IMG/VR virus record: IMGVR_UViG_3300023174_000062
Reading direction: 5' to 3' (one strand)
Source: a virus
DNA length: 64,000 nt
A program made the position numbers and the translations under genes. Below the pieces are notes generated by a model, which saw nothing but the letters and a program-made list of their open reading frames with translations, ran no database searches and was not told where the DNA came from. Each line of letters starts with the position of its first letter. Positions within the stretch are counted from its first letter, which is position 1. This document shows positions 28,723-38,722 of the stretch, piece after piece.

Positions 28723-29119
28723 AGACCTACTTGAGGTAAGATTAAAACAAGAAGACGATTTTTTAAAAGTAAAAGAAACACTAACCCGTATTGGCGTTGC
28801 ATCCCGTAAGGATAAAACATTGTACCAATCGTGTCATATTTTACATAAAAAAGGTAAATATTATATTGTACATTTTAAAGAGTTATTTGCATTAGATGGC
28901 AAACCAACTGACTTTGAAGAGAATGATTTAGCGAGAAGAAACACAATTGCAAAATTGCTAGCCGAATGGGGACTAATTGAAATTGTTCCTAGGGCAACAA
29001 ATGTTGAAGAGCCTATAGCACCATTGTCTCAAATCAAAATCATATCTTACAAAGAAAAAAATGATTGGCTCTTAACTGCTAAATATAATATCGGAAACAA
29101 AAAGAGGGAAGTAGAATAA
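28706..29119 (+). CDS. regA: translational repressor RegA
   Basis: DDFLKVKETLTRIGVAS, LYQSCHILHKKGKYYIVHFKELF. Confidence 0.97.
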   Translation: MAVNVEDLLEVRLKQEDDFLKVKETLTRIGVASRKDKTLYQSCHILHKKGKYYIVHFKELFALDGKPTDFEENDLARRNTIAKLLAEWGLIEIVPRATNVEEPIAPLSQIKIISYKEKNDWLLTAKYNIGNKKREVE

Positions 29120-29120
29120 A

Positions 29121-29564
29121 ATGGATGAACTAGTACAATCGCTAAAAGTGACTTTAGCAAATCACTATGCGTTTTATTTGAAGACACATTACTATCATTG
29201 GAATGTAACAGGCTCTAATTTTCCACAGTATCATGTTTTTCTAGAAGGAATCTATACTGAAGTTTATGGTGTAGTTGACCAAATTGCAGAAGAGATTCGT
29301 GGATTGGATTCATATGCACCAGGAAGTTTTAATCGATTCATTCAGTTGTCTCAAATTCAAGGTGATGAAACTGTGCCACCAGCAGAAGTAATGTTGCAAA
29401 GATTATTGGATGATATTCCTGTAATGTTATCAAACATTGAACGTACATATGAACTTGCAGAACAAGTACATGCACATCATATCAGCAACTTTTTGGCGGA
29501 AAGACAAGACGCATTTAACAAACATGCATGGATGCTTAGAGCAACATTAAAAAAATTGGCATAA
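29121..29564 (+). CDS. dps: Dps-family mini-ferritin
   Basis: HYYHWNVTGSNFPQYH, D.IAEEIR, KHAWML. Confidence 0.92.
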   Translation: MDELVQSLKVTLANHYAFYLKTHYYHWNVTGSNFPQYHVFLEGIYTEVYGVVDQIAEEIRGLDSYAPGSFNRFIQLSQIQGDETVPPAEVMLQRLLDDIPVMLSNIERTYELAEQVHAHHISNFLAERQDAFNKHAWMLRATLKKLA

Positions 29565-29587
29565 ATAAATTTGTCAACCAAATACAC

Positions 29588-29616
29588 TTGACAAGCGTTA
29601 TATAATATGAGATAAT
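29588..29616 (+). promoter_or_regulatory. sigma70-type promoter
   Basis: TTGACA-N17-GATAAT with TG extension. Confidence 0.55.
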
Positions 29617-29644
29617 GTTATCTCAAACTAAATTAGGAGATTCT

Positions 29645-29866
29645 ATGAAATCCATGAAAGTATTGACAGCAGTAGCACTTACTACTCTCTCCCTAGTTGC
29701 CGTTGCGGCAGACAAACCAGCAGAAACAAAACCTGCGCCTGCAACAACAGCATCAGCACCTGCCGCTAAAGCAGACTCTAAAAAAGAGAAACCACATCCC
29801 AAAGTGATTACTCCAAAAGAGAAAGCCGCAAAAAAAGCAGAGGCTAAAGTAGACGCTAAGAAATAA
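29645..29866 (+). CDS. small secreted Ala/Lys/Pro-rich protein
   Basis: AGGAG SD; signal peptide MKSMKVLTAVALTTLSLVAVAA. Confidence 0.7.
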   Translation: MKSMKVLTAVALTTLSLVAVAADKPAETKPAPATTASAPAAKADSKKEKPHPKVITPKEKAAKKAEAKVDAKK

Positions 29867-29908
29867 TTCTTAGCAAATTTTTTATCATTATTTGATGAGG
29901 TATATAAA

Positions 29909-30136
29909 ATGGCATTCGTAAATTCTAGCAAAACACAGACAGAACTCTTGGTATCATACTTGCGTGGTACTGGTCGTGGAATCTCTGCACCCCAAGCAAA
30001 GTCTTTGTTTGGTATCAAAAACCTTCGTGCCCGTATCAGCGACTTGCGCCAAGCAGGTTTCAAAATCCGTAAGGATATGAACACAGAAGGTAACACAACA
30101 TATTTTGTTTCCCGCAGAATGGTTGGACAGGCTTAA
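29909..30136 (+). CDS. winged helix-turn-helix DNA-binding protein
   Basis: ISAPQAKSLFGIKNLRARISDLRQAGFKI; GAGG SD. Confidence 0.75.
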   Translation: MAFVNSSKTQTELLVSYLRGTGRGISAPQAKSLFGIKNLRARISDLRQAGFKIRKDMNTEGNTTYFVSRRMVGQA

Positions 30137-30141
30137 TCTGT

Positions 30142-30149
30142 TATAAATA
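30142..30149 (+). promoter_or_regulatory. late promoter TATAAATA
   Basis: Exact consensus at the start of a structured intergenic region. Confidence 0.75.
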
Positions 30150-30150
30150 A

Positions 30151-30246
30151 ACGTATCTCAGGGATGGGAACGTAAATGGCTCTTCTACCTTAGGAGCGTC
30201 TAACGCTGGTACAACGATATGGTACCCCTGTATTCAGTAAGCAGGA
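30151..30246 (+). ncRNA. candidate structured RNA (unassigned)
   Basis: GC-richer intergenic region with several stems including a GGGA tetraloop hairpin and a possible pseudoknot. Confidence 0.45.
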
Positions 30247-30253
30247 TTTTAAT

Positions 30254-30310
30254 GATACGCCTTCGGGGTATCGAATTTTATTTTTAACTCGCTTAATAGG
30301 AGAAACTATG
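30254..30310 (+). promoter_or_regulatory. ROSE-like RNA thermometer
   Basis: cUUCGg hairpin, then CUCGCU pairing with the AGGAG SD via a bulged G; upstream of the hsp20-containing unit. Confidence 0.55.
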
Positions 30311-30535
30311 TTACAAAACATCAATAGTGCTATCGATGCATTTCAAAGCACAAAAACGCAATTCGTCAAAACATTCGTCAAGAATGAAGAACTTGCAAAA
30401 CCCCTCAACACTTTCATTGAAGCGCAAACATCTTACGCAAAGGCTGTCGCTGTAGAAGTCAATAAGTTTTTTACAACTCTTGGCATGTCTGCATACACAT
30501 TTGATGCTAAGAAAGCATTTTCAAAATCTAAGTAA
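30308..30535 (+). CDS. small amphipathic helical protein, phasin-like
   Basis: AGGAG SD; helical pattern IDAFQSTKTQFVKTFV...FIEAQTSYAK; weak recognition. Confidence 0.45.
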   Translation: MLQNINSAIDAFQSTKTQFVKTFVKNEELAKPLNTFIEAQTSYAKAVAVEVNKFFTTLGMSAYTFDAKKAFSKSK

Positions 30536-30548
30536 GAGGAGATATAAA

Positions 30549-31049
30549 ATGGGACACACACCAATTCCCGCTATCTTTGGCGGACAAGGTTTCAAAGATT
30601 TTGATAAATTCTTTGTTGGCTTCGATGAGCAATTCAATCGACTAGCAAAAATACATGATGATGTGACTAAAAACATTCCTAACTACCCACCTTACAACAT
30701 TCGCAAGACTGGTGACAATACCTACGTCATTGAAATTGCGGTTGCTGGTTTTGGTAAACAAGAAATCGATATCACTTTAGAAGACAACAAATTAATTGTT
30801 GCGGGTAACACAAAAGATGATGGAGACAATTTCTTGTTTAAGGGTATTGCTAATCGTGCATTCACTCGCACATTTGCACTTGATGACCAAATCGAAATTC
30901 AAGATGCCGCTTTGATTAATGGCATGTTGAAGATTGCTTTGGAACGAATCATTCCAGAACATAAGAAGCCTAAGAAGATTGAAGTTAAGGATGCTGAATC
31001 TAAAACTAAAAAATCATCTCAGCAATATTTAACTGAGGATGAATTATGA
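30549..31049 (+). CDS. hsp20: small heat shock protein (IbpA type)
   Basis: NYPPYNI, IEIAVAGF, KGIANRAFTRTF, A.LINGML.I.LERIIPE. Confidence 0.95.
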   Translation: MGHTPIPAIFGGQGFKDFDKFFVGFDEQFNRLAKIHDDVTKNIPNYPPYNIRKTGDNTYVIEIAVAGFGKQEIDITLEDNKLIVAGNTKDDGDNFLFKGIANRAFTRTFALDDQIEIQDAALINGMLKIALERIIPEHKKPKKIEVKDAESKTKKSSQQYLTEDEL

Positions 31050-31129
31050 AATCAATAAAAAACTTCTTTATTGCTTTACTTGAATCTATTCAAGAAATAA
31101 AAAAACATAAAGCAGAGCGTTTTAAGTAA
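31046..31129 (+). CDS. 27-aa micro-protein (not in ORF track)
   Basis: GAGGA SD, ATGA overlap with hsp20 stop; MKSIKNFFIALLESIQEIKKHKAERFK; ends just before the terminator. Confidence 0.5.
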   Translation: MKSIKNFFIALLESIQEIKKHKAERFK

Positions 31130-31135
31130 ACACCG

Positions 31136-31158
31136 AGGGGGCGCAACGCCCCCTTTTT
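31136..31158 (+). terminator. Rho-independent terminator
   Basis: AGGGGGCG-CAA-CGCCCCCT-TTTT. Confidence 0.88.
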
Positions 31159-31173
31159 ATTATAGGATATAAA

Positions 31174-31476
31174 ATGGCAAACTTGAGAATTTTAAAATTG
31201 GCAACAGGTGAAGAACTTGTCGGTGACATTGTAGAAGAAACTCCAGAAAAATATCGTGTAGAGAACCCATGTGTTCTTGGTATTGCAATGGGACCAAATG
31301 GCAAAGCAAGCCTTCAAATGCAACCTCTCCTAATCTTTTCAGAACAAAAAGTGGTAGAGTTTAATCCCAACCACGTAATTTACAACGTATCAGTTGCACA
31401 AGAAATAAAAAACAAGTATAATGAGATTTATGGTTCAGGAATTGTCCTGCCACCGACTCAAGGCATTATTACTTAA
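31174..31476 (+). CDS. conserved T4-like Sm-like hypothetical protein
   Basis: RILKLATGEELVG...YNEIYGSGIVLP; immediately upstream of gp43. Confidence 0.7.
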   Translation: MANLRILKLATGEELVGDIVEETPEKYRVENPCVLGIAMGPNGKASLQMQPLLIFSEQKVVEFNPNHVIYNVSVAQEIKNKYNEIYGSGIVLPPTQGIIT

Positions 31477-33968
31477 TGAAATTTTATACGCATTTTTCTA
31501 AACTCGGCAACAACATTCTTGTTCGTGGATATAATAACGGTAAGAGGTTCAGCGATAAAGTTGAATACAACCCAACGTTATATCTACAATCTAAAGATGG
31601 TGATTATCGAACGTTAGATGGTCAATCACTTGCGCCTGTGTCGCAAGGCACAATGCGTGATGCTACTGAATTTATGAAACGTTATGAAGATGTTGACAAC
31701 TTCAAAGTTTATGGCTCAACAAACTTCCCATACGTTTATATCAATGAAGCCTATCCAGGAAAAATAGATTATGATCCAGAACAAATTAAGATTGCGAATA
31801 TTGACATTGAGGTTGGTTCTGAAAATGGCTTTCCTGAACCTGCGTCTGCGAGTGAGCCAATTACTGCCATCACGTTTAAGATAGCAGGACACTTCTATGT
31901 GTCTGGCTGTGGTGACTACGATAACAATCGTGATGATGTAACATATATCAAGTGCCGTGATGAGAATAATCTTATCATGCGCTTTCTCGACATGTGGGAA
32001 GAAACATCACCAGACATTGTGACTGGTTGGAACATTCAATTCTTTGATATTCCATATCTGCACAATCGTATCAACAAACTCATGGGCGAGAATACTGCAA
32101 AGCGTTTATCTCCATTCCGTAGAATTGGTGAACGTACAACTACGATTCACAACAAACAGCAAACAGCATTTGATTTGGTTGGCATTGCTATTCTTGATTA
32201 CATTGAATTGTACAAGAAGTTTACATACTCACAACAAGAAAGTTTTAGTCTTAATCACATTGCGTTCCTTGAACTCGGTGAGAAGAAACTTGACTACTCT
32301 GAAGTTGAAAGTCTGCATCAATTGTATCGAACAAACTTTCAAAAGTTTATTGAGTATAACATCCATGACGTTGAACTTGTGGATCGTATTGATGCTAAGA
32401 TGCAATTGATTGACATGGCACTTGCACTTGCATATGATGCTAAAGTTAATTACACCGATGTGTTCACGCAAGTACGCATGTGGGATACTTTGATTCATAA
32501 TGAATTGATTGCAGACAATATTGTTGTGCCTCAAAATGTTCATACTGCAAAAGATGAACAGTATGCTGGCGCTTATGTGAAAGACCCAATCGTTGGTATG
32601 CACGAATGGGTTGTGTCGTTTGACTTGAACTCATTGTATCCACACTTGATTATGCAGTACAATGTTTCACCTGAAACAATTGTTGAAGGTCGCCACACAA
32701 GTATCTCTATTGATAATTTGCTGAACAACGAATATCAAGCATCTGGTGAATATTGCATGGCAGCCAATGGACATTACTTCAAACGTGACAAGCAAGGCTT
32801 CTTGCCTGCTATGATGCAACGCATGTATGATGATCGGTCATTGTACAAAAAGAAAATGATTGAGGCTCAAAAGGCTTACGAAAAAGAAACTGATAAAGAA
32901 CGTAAACGTGAAATATCAAATCAAATTTCAAAGTACAAGAACTTGCAGTTGGCAAAGAAAGTACAATTGAACTCCGCTTATGGCGCACTTGGTAATCAAT
33001 ATTTTAGGTTCTTTGACATTCGACAAGCAGAGGCAATCACTCTGTCTGGTCAATTGTCCATTCGATGGATTGAAATGAAGTTGAATGGTTATCTAAACAA
33101 ACTATTGAAGACTAAGGATATTGATTATGTTATTGCGTCAGATACAGACTCGGTGTACGTCAATCTTGGTCCGCTTGTTAATATGGTCTACGGATCGAAG
33201 AGTGAAACGAAAGTTGAAACGATTGTTGATTTCGTCAACAAAGCATGTACAGAAAAATTCGAACCATTCATCGACAAGGCATATCAAGAACTAGCAGACT
33301 ACATGAATGCATTCGACCAGAAGATGCAGATGAAGCGTGAGGTCATTGCAAACAAAGGCATCTGGACTGCAAAGAAGCGTTACATTCTAAACGTGTACGA
33401 TTCAGAAGGTGTTCGATTCGCAGAGCCAAAGTTAAAGATGATGGGCATTGAAGCCGTTAAGTCTTCCACACCAATGTCATGCCGTGAGAAGATTAAAGAA
33501 TCTTTGAAGATTGTGATGAATGGTAGCGAACAAGAGTTTCAATCTTTTGTTGAAGCATTCAAACAAGAATTCAAAACTCTTCCGTTTGAAGACATTGCAT
33601 TTCCACGTGGTGTTAGTGACCTATCTAAATATACAAGCAGTTCGGAACTATATTCAAAAGGCACACCTATGCATGTGCGTGGTGCGATAATGTTTAATGC
33701 GTTTCTGAAAAAGTATAAACTGACTAAGAAGTATCAACTTATTCAGGATGGTGACAAGACTAAATTCTGCTACATGAAAGTTCCAAATCCCGTTCAAGAA
33801 AATGTATTTTCTATTCTCACAGTCTTGCCTAAAGAGTTTGGCGTAGAAAAATATATCGACTACGATACGCAGTTTGATAAAGCATATCTTGAACCATTAA
33901 AAACAATCGTAAACACAATTGGTTGGAAGACCGAACGTGTTTCTTCATTGGAGAGTTTTTTCGCATGA
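31476..33968 (+). CDS. gp43: family B DNA polymerase
   Basis: DIEV, TGWNIQFFD, YNIHDV, SFDLNSLYP, KVQLNSAYG, ASDTDS, KKRY. Confidence 0.99.
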   Translation: MKFYTHFSKLGNNILVRGYNNGKRFSDKVEYNPTLYLQSKDGDYRTLDGQSLAPVSQGTMRDATEFMKRYEDVDNFKVYGSTNFPYVYINEAYPGKIDYDPEQIKIANIDIEVGSENGFPEPASASEPITAITFKIAGHFYVSGCGDYDNNRDDVTYIKCRDENNLIMRFLDMWEETSPDIVTGWNIQFFDIPYLHNRINKLMGENTAKRLSPFRRIGERTTTIHNKQQTAFDLVGIAILDYIELYKKFTYSQQESFSLNHIAFLELGEKKLDYSEVESLHQLYRTNFQKFIEYNIHDVELVDRIDAKMQLIDMALALAYDAKVNYTDVFTQVRMWDTLIHNELIADNIVVPQNVHTAKDEQYAGAYVKDPIVGMHEWVVSFDLNSLYPHLIMQYNVSPETIVEGRHTSISIDNLLNNEYQASGEYCMAANGHYFKRDKQGFLPAMMQRMYDDRSLYKKKMIEAQKAYEKETDKERKREISNQISKYKNLQLAKKVQLNSAYGALGNQYFRFFDIRQAEAITLSGQLSIRWIEMKLNGYLNKLLKTKDIDYVIASDTDSVYVNLGPLVNMVYGSKSETKVETIVDFVNKACTEKFEPFIDKAYQELADYMNAFDQKMQMKREVIANKGIWTAKKRYILNVYDSEGVRFAEPKLKMMGIEAVKSSTPMSCREKIKESLKIVMNGSEQEFQSFVEAFKQEFKTLPFEDIAFPRGVSDLSKYTSSSELYSKGTPMHVRGAIMFNAFLKKYKLTKKYQLIQDGDKTKFCYMKVPNPVQENVFSILTVLPKEFGVEKYIDYDTQFDKAYLEPLKTIVNTIGWKTERVSSLESFFA

Positions 33969-34369
33969 GCAAAATACCATCAGAATATCTAGCGTTTAGA
34001 AAAGAAGATGATTTTGGATTTAGTGCAGTTGACGAATCAACGTTAACTAGACTTACGGATCCAAATACATTAGAAGATACAATTGCTGTTAAAGAAACAG
34101 TAGCACAATCTTCTGAATCTTTACAGCGTGTAGAAGAGAAATTAGATTCAATGCTATCATTGTACAATCAAGGTAAACTTGGTCTTGACGCAGAACGTCA
34201 GAACATGACAGCAGAAGTAAAAAAAGATTTAAAAGAATTAGAACAACTTATCATGCCTTTACTTGTCAACTTGATGAAGAATCCAGAAAAAGAATATATC
34301 TACTGGCCAAATCGCACAGCAAAAATTCAAGAACAAATCGACAAAGTATTAGCATTAACTAGAGGATAA
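33965..34369 (+). CDS. conserved hypothetical protein
   Basis: DDFGFSAVDE...PLLVNLMKNPEKEYIYWPNR. Confidence 0.7.
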   Translation: MSKIPSEYLAFRKEDDFGFSAVDESTLTRLTDPNTLEDTIAVKETVAQSSESLQRVEEKLDSMLSLYNQGKLGLDAERQNMTAEVKKDLKELEQLIMPLLVNLMKNPEKEYIYWPNRTAKIQEQIDKVLALTRG

Positions 34370-34373
34370 ACTT

Positions 34374-35354
34374 ATGCTATTTGCTTTGATTACATTATTG
34401 AGTGCGATATCTCTTTCTGCTATTGCCGCATACTATTCAGTCATTGGTCTAATGGCTATCTTTGCGGCTAGCCCAATCCCAATTGCAATCATGGGTGGTG
34501 CGCTTGAGTTTTCGAAACTCATTGCCGCATCATGGGCATATAAGAATTGGAAAATCGCACCAAGATTTTTGAAGTACTATTTCACAGTAGCGGTTATGAT
34601 TCTAATGTTGATTACATCATTAGGAATCTTTGGATATCTTTCTAAAGCACATAACGATCAAAATCTAATAAGCGGTGATGTATCTGCAAAAATTGCAATG
34701 ATCGATGAGAAGATTAAAGTTGAGAAGGATAATATTGATGTTAATCGCAAAACGCTCAAACAGATGGATGAGGCTGTGGACCAAGTTATGGTTCGTTCAA
34801 CAAACGAAAAGGGTGCAGAGAAAGCGGCAAGTCTACGCAAAGCCCAACAGGTTGAACGTGGTCGCTTACTTAAAGAAATCGAAACATATAACAAGCGGAT
34901 TTCGACTCTTAATGAAGAAAGAGCACCTATCGCAACCGAAATTCGTAAAGTGGAAGCAGAGGTTGGTCCGATTAAATATATTGCGGCGTTAATCTATGGC
35001 GATAGCGTTGATTCTAGTTTACTAGATAAGTCTGTACGATTCGTTATTATTCTTTTGGTTCTTGTGTTTGACCCAATGGCAGTCTTGCTTGTCATTGCTG
35101 GTAACTTTTCTCTGAAAGAAATTGCAAGAGCAAAAGAAGAAAAGTCTGGTGGATATGAAGTTAATATTCCTCCACCTGCTGAAGTTGCACCAAAACAAAA
35201 GAGAAAACAAAAAGTACAACAACCCGTTGGTGATGAAAATTTGAATGCGTCATTGGTGGAACCTATACCCATGACAAAGGAAGAACTAGAAGAGTTTAAG
35301 CGCAAATACACCAGAGATGGTAGATCAAAATTTGCGGAGTATGCTGAAAGGTAA
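34374..35354 (+). CDS. membrane protein with coiled coil
   Basis: Three N-terminal hydrophobic helices, coiled coil, EVGPIKY, C-terminal TM VFDPMAV. Confidence 0.75.
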   Translation: MLFALITLLSAISLSAIAAYYSVIGLMAIFAASPIPIAIMGGALEFSKLIAASWAYKNWKIAPRFLKYYFTVAVMILMLITSLGIFGYLSKAHNDQNLISGDVSAKIAMIDEKIKVEKDNIDVNRKTLKQMDEAVDQVMVRSTNEKGAEKAASLRKAQQVERGRLLKEIETYNKRISTLNEERAPIATEIRKVEAEVGPIKYIAALIYGDSVDSSLLDKSVRFVIILLVLVFDPMAVLLVIAGNFSLKEIARAKEEKSGGYEVNIPPPAEVAPKQKRKQKVQQPVGDENLNASLVEPIPMTKEELEEFKRKYTRDGRSKFAEYAER

Positions 35355-35357
35355 TTT

Positions 35358-35858
35358 ATGAAGATTGGTTTTAATTGTTCGTCATTTGATTTATTCCATG
35401 CTGGTCATGTAACAATGCTAAAGATGGAAAAAAAATTATGTGACTATTTGATTGTTGCATTACAAGTTGATCCTACTGTAGATAGACCTAGCACAAAGAA
35501 TAAACCTGTGCAATCGGTATATGAAAGATATGTTCAATTGCAAGCATGTAAGTATGTAGATGAGATTCTTGTTTACCATACTGAAGAAGACTTAGCCAAT
35601 CTGATTATGACACAAACAATGAACATAAGATTTCTTGGCGAAGAATATAAAAATAAAGACTTTACCGGTAAACAGTATTGCATTGAGAACGGAATTGAGT
35701 TATACTATCATGTGAGGAATCATAGTTACAGTACATCGGAACTCCGTCAACGTACTTATGATTTAGAAGTGCAGAAGAAAAGCGAACCTGATGTTACTGA
35801 GTATGAACAACATTCGCCAAAGTTATTAAACAAATATTATGAAGGAAAAACACAATGA
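35358..35858 (+). CDS. TagD-like cytidylyltransferase
   Basis: FDLFHAGH (HxGH), DYLIVAL, KYVDEI, YSTSELR. Confidence 0.88.
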   Translation: MKIGFNCSSFDLFHAGHVTMLKMEKKLCDYLIVALQVDPTVDRPSTKNKPVQSVYERYVQLQACKYVDEILVYHTEEDLANLIMTQTMNIRFLGEEYKNKDFTGKQYCIENGIELYYHVRNHSYSTSELRQRTYDLEVQKKSEPDVTEYEQHSPKLLNKYYEGKTQ

Positions 35859-36928
35859 GTAATTTTTTTACAGACTTAGTGGATCAGTTGAAAGACGAAG
35901 ACACTAAAATTTTATCTGAAGGTGGCGCATCTGCTGAGTATAGTGGATGCATTGATACAGGTTCATATGCATTGAATGCTGTTCTATCAGGTAGCATCTA
36001 TGGTGGTGTGCCTAATAACAAAGTGACTGCATTCGCTGGTGAATCGTCAACGGGTAAAACATTCTTTGTGCTTGGCATTGTCAAACAATTTCTTGATGCA
36101 AATCCTGAAGGCGGTGTTATCTACTTTGATACAGAAGCCGCAGTTACAAAACAAATGATGGAATCCCGTGGTGTTGACACTAAGCGTGTCGTTATCTCTG
36201 AGCCAGATACAATTCAAAAGTTTCGTCATACTGCATTGCAAATCATTGAGAAGTATCAAGCACAACCAGAAGCAAAGCGTAAGCCAATGATTATGGTTCT
36301 TGATTCTCTTGGTCAGTTGTCTTCTACTAAAGAGATGGAAGATACTGCTGAAGGCAAAGAGACTAAAGACATGACCAAGTCTGCTATTCTCAAAGCAACA
36401 TTCCGTGTATTGAATTTGAAACTCGCTAAGATTGGTGTGCCTTTGCTTGTAACAAATCACGTTTATGATGTTGTTGGTGCATACATCCCAACTAAAGAAA
36501 TGTCTGGTGGTTCTGGCTTGAAGTATACAGCATCCACAATCATTTATTTGTCTAAGCGTAAAGACAAAGATGGTACTGAAGTTGTTGGTAATATTGTTCG
36601 TTGCAAGTTGCAGAAGTCACGTTTGACTAAAGAGAACTCTCAAGTTGAAGTAAAGATCACATACAGTAAAGGTCTTGACCGCTACTACGGATTGCTTGAA
36701 ATTGCAGAGAAACATGGTATCATTAAGAAAGTATCCACAAGATATGAACTTGCCAATGGTACTAAAGTATTTGGTAAGAACATCAACGAAGAGCCAGAAA
36801 AGTATTTCACGCCTGATATCTTAGCATTGATTGACGAAGCGTGTAAGAAAGAATTCTTGTATGGGCAAGAAAACGATAGCGGTATTGTTGATGAGGTAGA
36901 AGAATTGGAGTTAGCAAATGAAGATTAA
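35855..36928 (+). CDS. uvsX: RecA-like recombinase
   Basis: [34 protein letters not shown]. Confidence 0.96.
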   Translation: MSNFFTDLVDQLKDEDTKILSEGGASAEYSGCIDTGSYALNAVLSGSIYGGVPNNKVTAFAGESSTGKTFFVLGIVKQFLDANPEGGVIYFDTEAAVTKQMMESRGVDTKRVVISEPDTIQKFRHTALQIIEKYQAQPEAKRKPMIMVLDSLGQLSSTKEMEDTAEGKETKDMTKSAILKATFRVLNLKLAKIGVPLLVTNHVYDVVGAYIPTKEMSGGSGLKYTASTIIYLSKRKDKDGTEVVGNIVRCKLQKSRLTKENSQVEVKITYSKGLDRYYGLLEIAEKHGIIKKVSTRYELANGTKVFGKNINEEPEKYFTPDILALIDEACKKEFLYGQENDSGIVDEVEELELANED

Positions 36929-37262
36929 TGAAGACTACGAAATCACAACCCGTGATATCAAATACAAAGACAAAGATACTGTAGCATCTATCAAAATTAA
37001 TTCTGGCATGTATAAAGATGTGGAATTTAATTTTGGTGAGATTAATTTCTCCGAAGAAGAAAATCCCGATGGAACGTATTCAATCGGCTTCAACTATGAT
37101 ATAATAGATGAAGAACACAAAGCGTTACAAGGCAATAAAGACTTTGAAGCGCACCTCGGTGAAATTTTAAATGATCTTCTAAGAATCTCATTAGAAGAAG
37201 CAGAAAAAAGGTATAAGAATGAACTTGGAACAAAAAATACTGAAACACCTGATATTGGATGA
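36918..37262 (+). CDS. gp40: head vertex assembly chaperone-like protein
   Basis: Position between uvsX and gp41; size and acidic composition. Confidence 0.55.
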   Translation: MKINEDYEITTRDIKYKDKDTVASIKINSGMYKDVEFNFGEINFSEEENPDGTYSIGFNYDIIDEEHKALQGNKDFEAHLGEILNDLLRISLEEAEKRYKNELGTKNTETPDIG

Positions 37263-38628
37263 AGAGTATACACGTAAGACACTACCATTCATTAGAGGCG
37301 AGTATTTTCAAGAATCTTCAGAAAAACTATTGTTTACTGAGATTCAAAACTATGTGAATAAGTATAACTCAATGCCAACGCAAGAAGCGTTGGTTATTGA
37401 GATTGACAAGAGAATTAATCTAACAGATGACCAGCACAAGAAAACTATTGCGTTAGTCAAACAGATTACAATCGATCCTGAAGTATCAGACACTAAATGG
37501 TTGATTGATGCGACAGAAGATTTCTGTCAAGAGAAAGCAATCTACAATGGCATCATGCAGAGTATTCAAATTCTGGATGACAAAAACAAAACTGAAAAAC
37601 TTGATAAAGGTTCAATCCCTAAAATCTTAGCAGATGCACTTTCAGTTTCTTTTGATAATCACATTGGTCACGATTTTATTGATGACGCAGAAACACGATA
37701 TGACTTTTATCATAAAGTTGAAAAGCGAATCCCATTCGACCTAGACTATCTGAATCGAATCACTAAAGGTGGGCTTGCGGAAAAATCTTTGAACATTGTT
37801 CTTGCTGGTACTGGTGTTGGTAAGTCATTGTTCATGTGTCATTGTGCGGCAGCCAATCTAACAATGGGTAAGAATGTTTTATACATTACAATGGAAATGG
37901 CTGAAGAACGTATTGCAGAACGTATCGATGCAAACTTGATGAACGTTGAATTGGATCGATTGGTTGGTATGCCTAAAGAAACTTATCTACGCAAAGTTGA
38001 ATCTTTACGTGAGAAGACTAAGGGTAAACTAATCATCAAAGAATATCCAACCGCTAGTGCAAACGTAAATCACTTCTCACATTTGTTGAATGAGTTGAAA
38101 TTGAAACGTCAATTCATTCCCGATATCATCTACATTGACTATCTGAACATTTGTTCTTCCGCACGTATGAAGATGGGTTCTTCTATTAACTCATACACAT
38201 ACATTAAAGCAATCGCAGAAGAATTGCGTGGACTTGCAGTTGAACATAAAGTGCCAGTTGTATCTGCTACACAAACAACAAGAAGTGGTTACACAAACTC
38301 AGACGTTGGACTTGAAGATACTTCAGAATCGTTTGGTTTGCCTGCAACAGCAGACTTGATGTTTGCTTTGATTTCAACCGAAGAACTTGCAGAGTTGAAT
38401 CAGATTATGGTCAAGCAGTTAAAGAATCGATACAGCGACCCAACAACAAACAAGCGTTTTGTGATTGGTGTTGACAGAGCGAAAATGAAACTGTATGATG
38501 CAGAAGAGTCAGCGCAGACTAACATTTCCGATAGTGGGCAGATCGAAGACGATAGACCCGTATTCGATAAGTCTGGTTTCGGCAAACGAATGCAGAAAAA
38601 CCGAGATTTTGGCAATTTAAAGGTTTAA
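37219..38628 (+). CDS. gp41: replicative DNA helicase
   Basis: LAGTGVGKS, YITMEMAEE, IKEYPT, IDYLNI, SATQTTR, SESFGLPATAD, KQLKNRY. Confidence 0.98.
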   Translation: MNLEQKILKHLILDEEYTRKTLPFIRGEYFQESSEKLLFTEIQNYVNKYNSMPTQEALVIEIDKRINLTDDQHKKTIALVKQITIDPEVSDTKWLIDATEDFCQEKAIYNGIMQSIQILDDKNKTEKLDKGSIPKILADALSVSFDNHIGHDFIDDAETRYDFYHKVEKRIPFDLDYLNRITKGGLAEKSLNIVLAGTGVGKSLFMCHCAAANLTMGKNVLYITMEMAEERIAERIDANLMNVELDRLVGMPKETYLRKVESLREKTKGKLIIKEYPTASANVNHFSHLLNELKLKRQFIPDIIYIDYLNICSSARMKMGSSINSYTYIKAIAEELRGLAVEHKVPVVSATQTTRSGYTNSDVGLEDTSESFGLPATADLMFALISTEELAELNQIMVKQLKNRYSDPTTNKRFVIGVDRAKMKLYDAEESAQTNISDSGQIEDDRPVFDKSGFGKRMQKNRDFGNLKV

Positions 38629-38696
38629 TTTCATAATGTGAAATATACCCCTTTCCCTAAATATCTCTTGACAAAGTACCATAACTGTACTATAAT
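38628..38696 (+). promoter_or_regulatory. perfect sigma70 promoter with upstream palindrome
   Basis: TTGACA(38668)-N17-TATAAT(38691); ATTTCA-N5-TGAAAT at 38628-38644. Confidence 0.8.
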
Positions 38697-38722
38697 AGAT
38701 ATTGTTAAGAAAGGGACTCAGC

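Noticed and set aside
29571-29594. TTGTCAA-N10-TTGACAA as a divergent promoter pair
   Set aside because: The minus-strand -35 has no acceptable -10 at 16-18 bp
30170-30226. Purine-riboswitch-like words CGTAAA, TTCTACC and GATATGG
   Set aside because: They occur in an order that is neither canonical nor a circular permutation, and the three-way junction cannot be built
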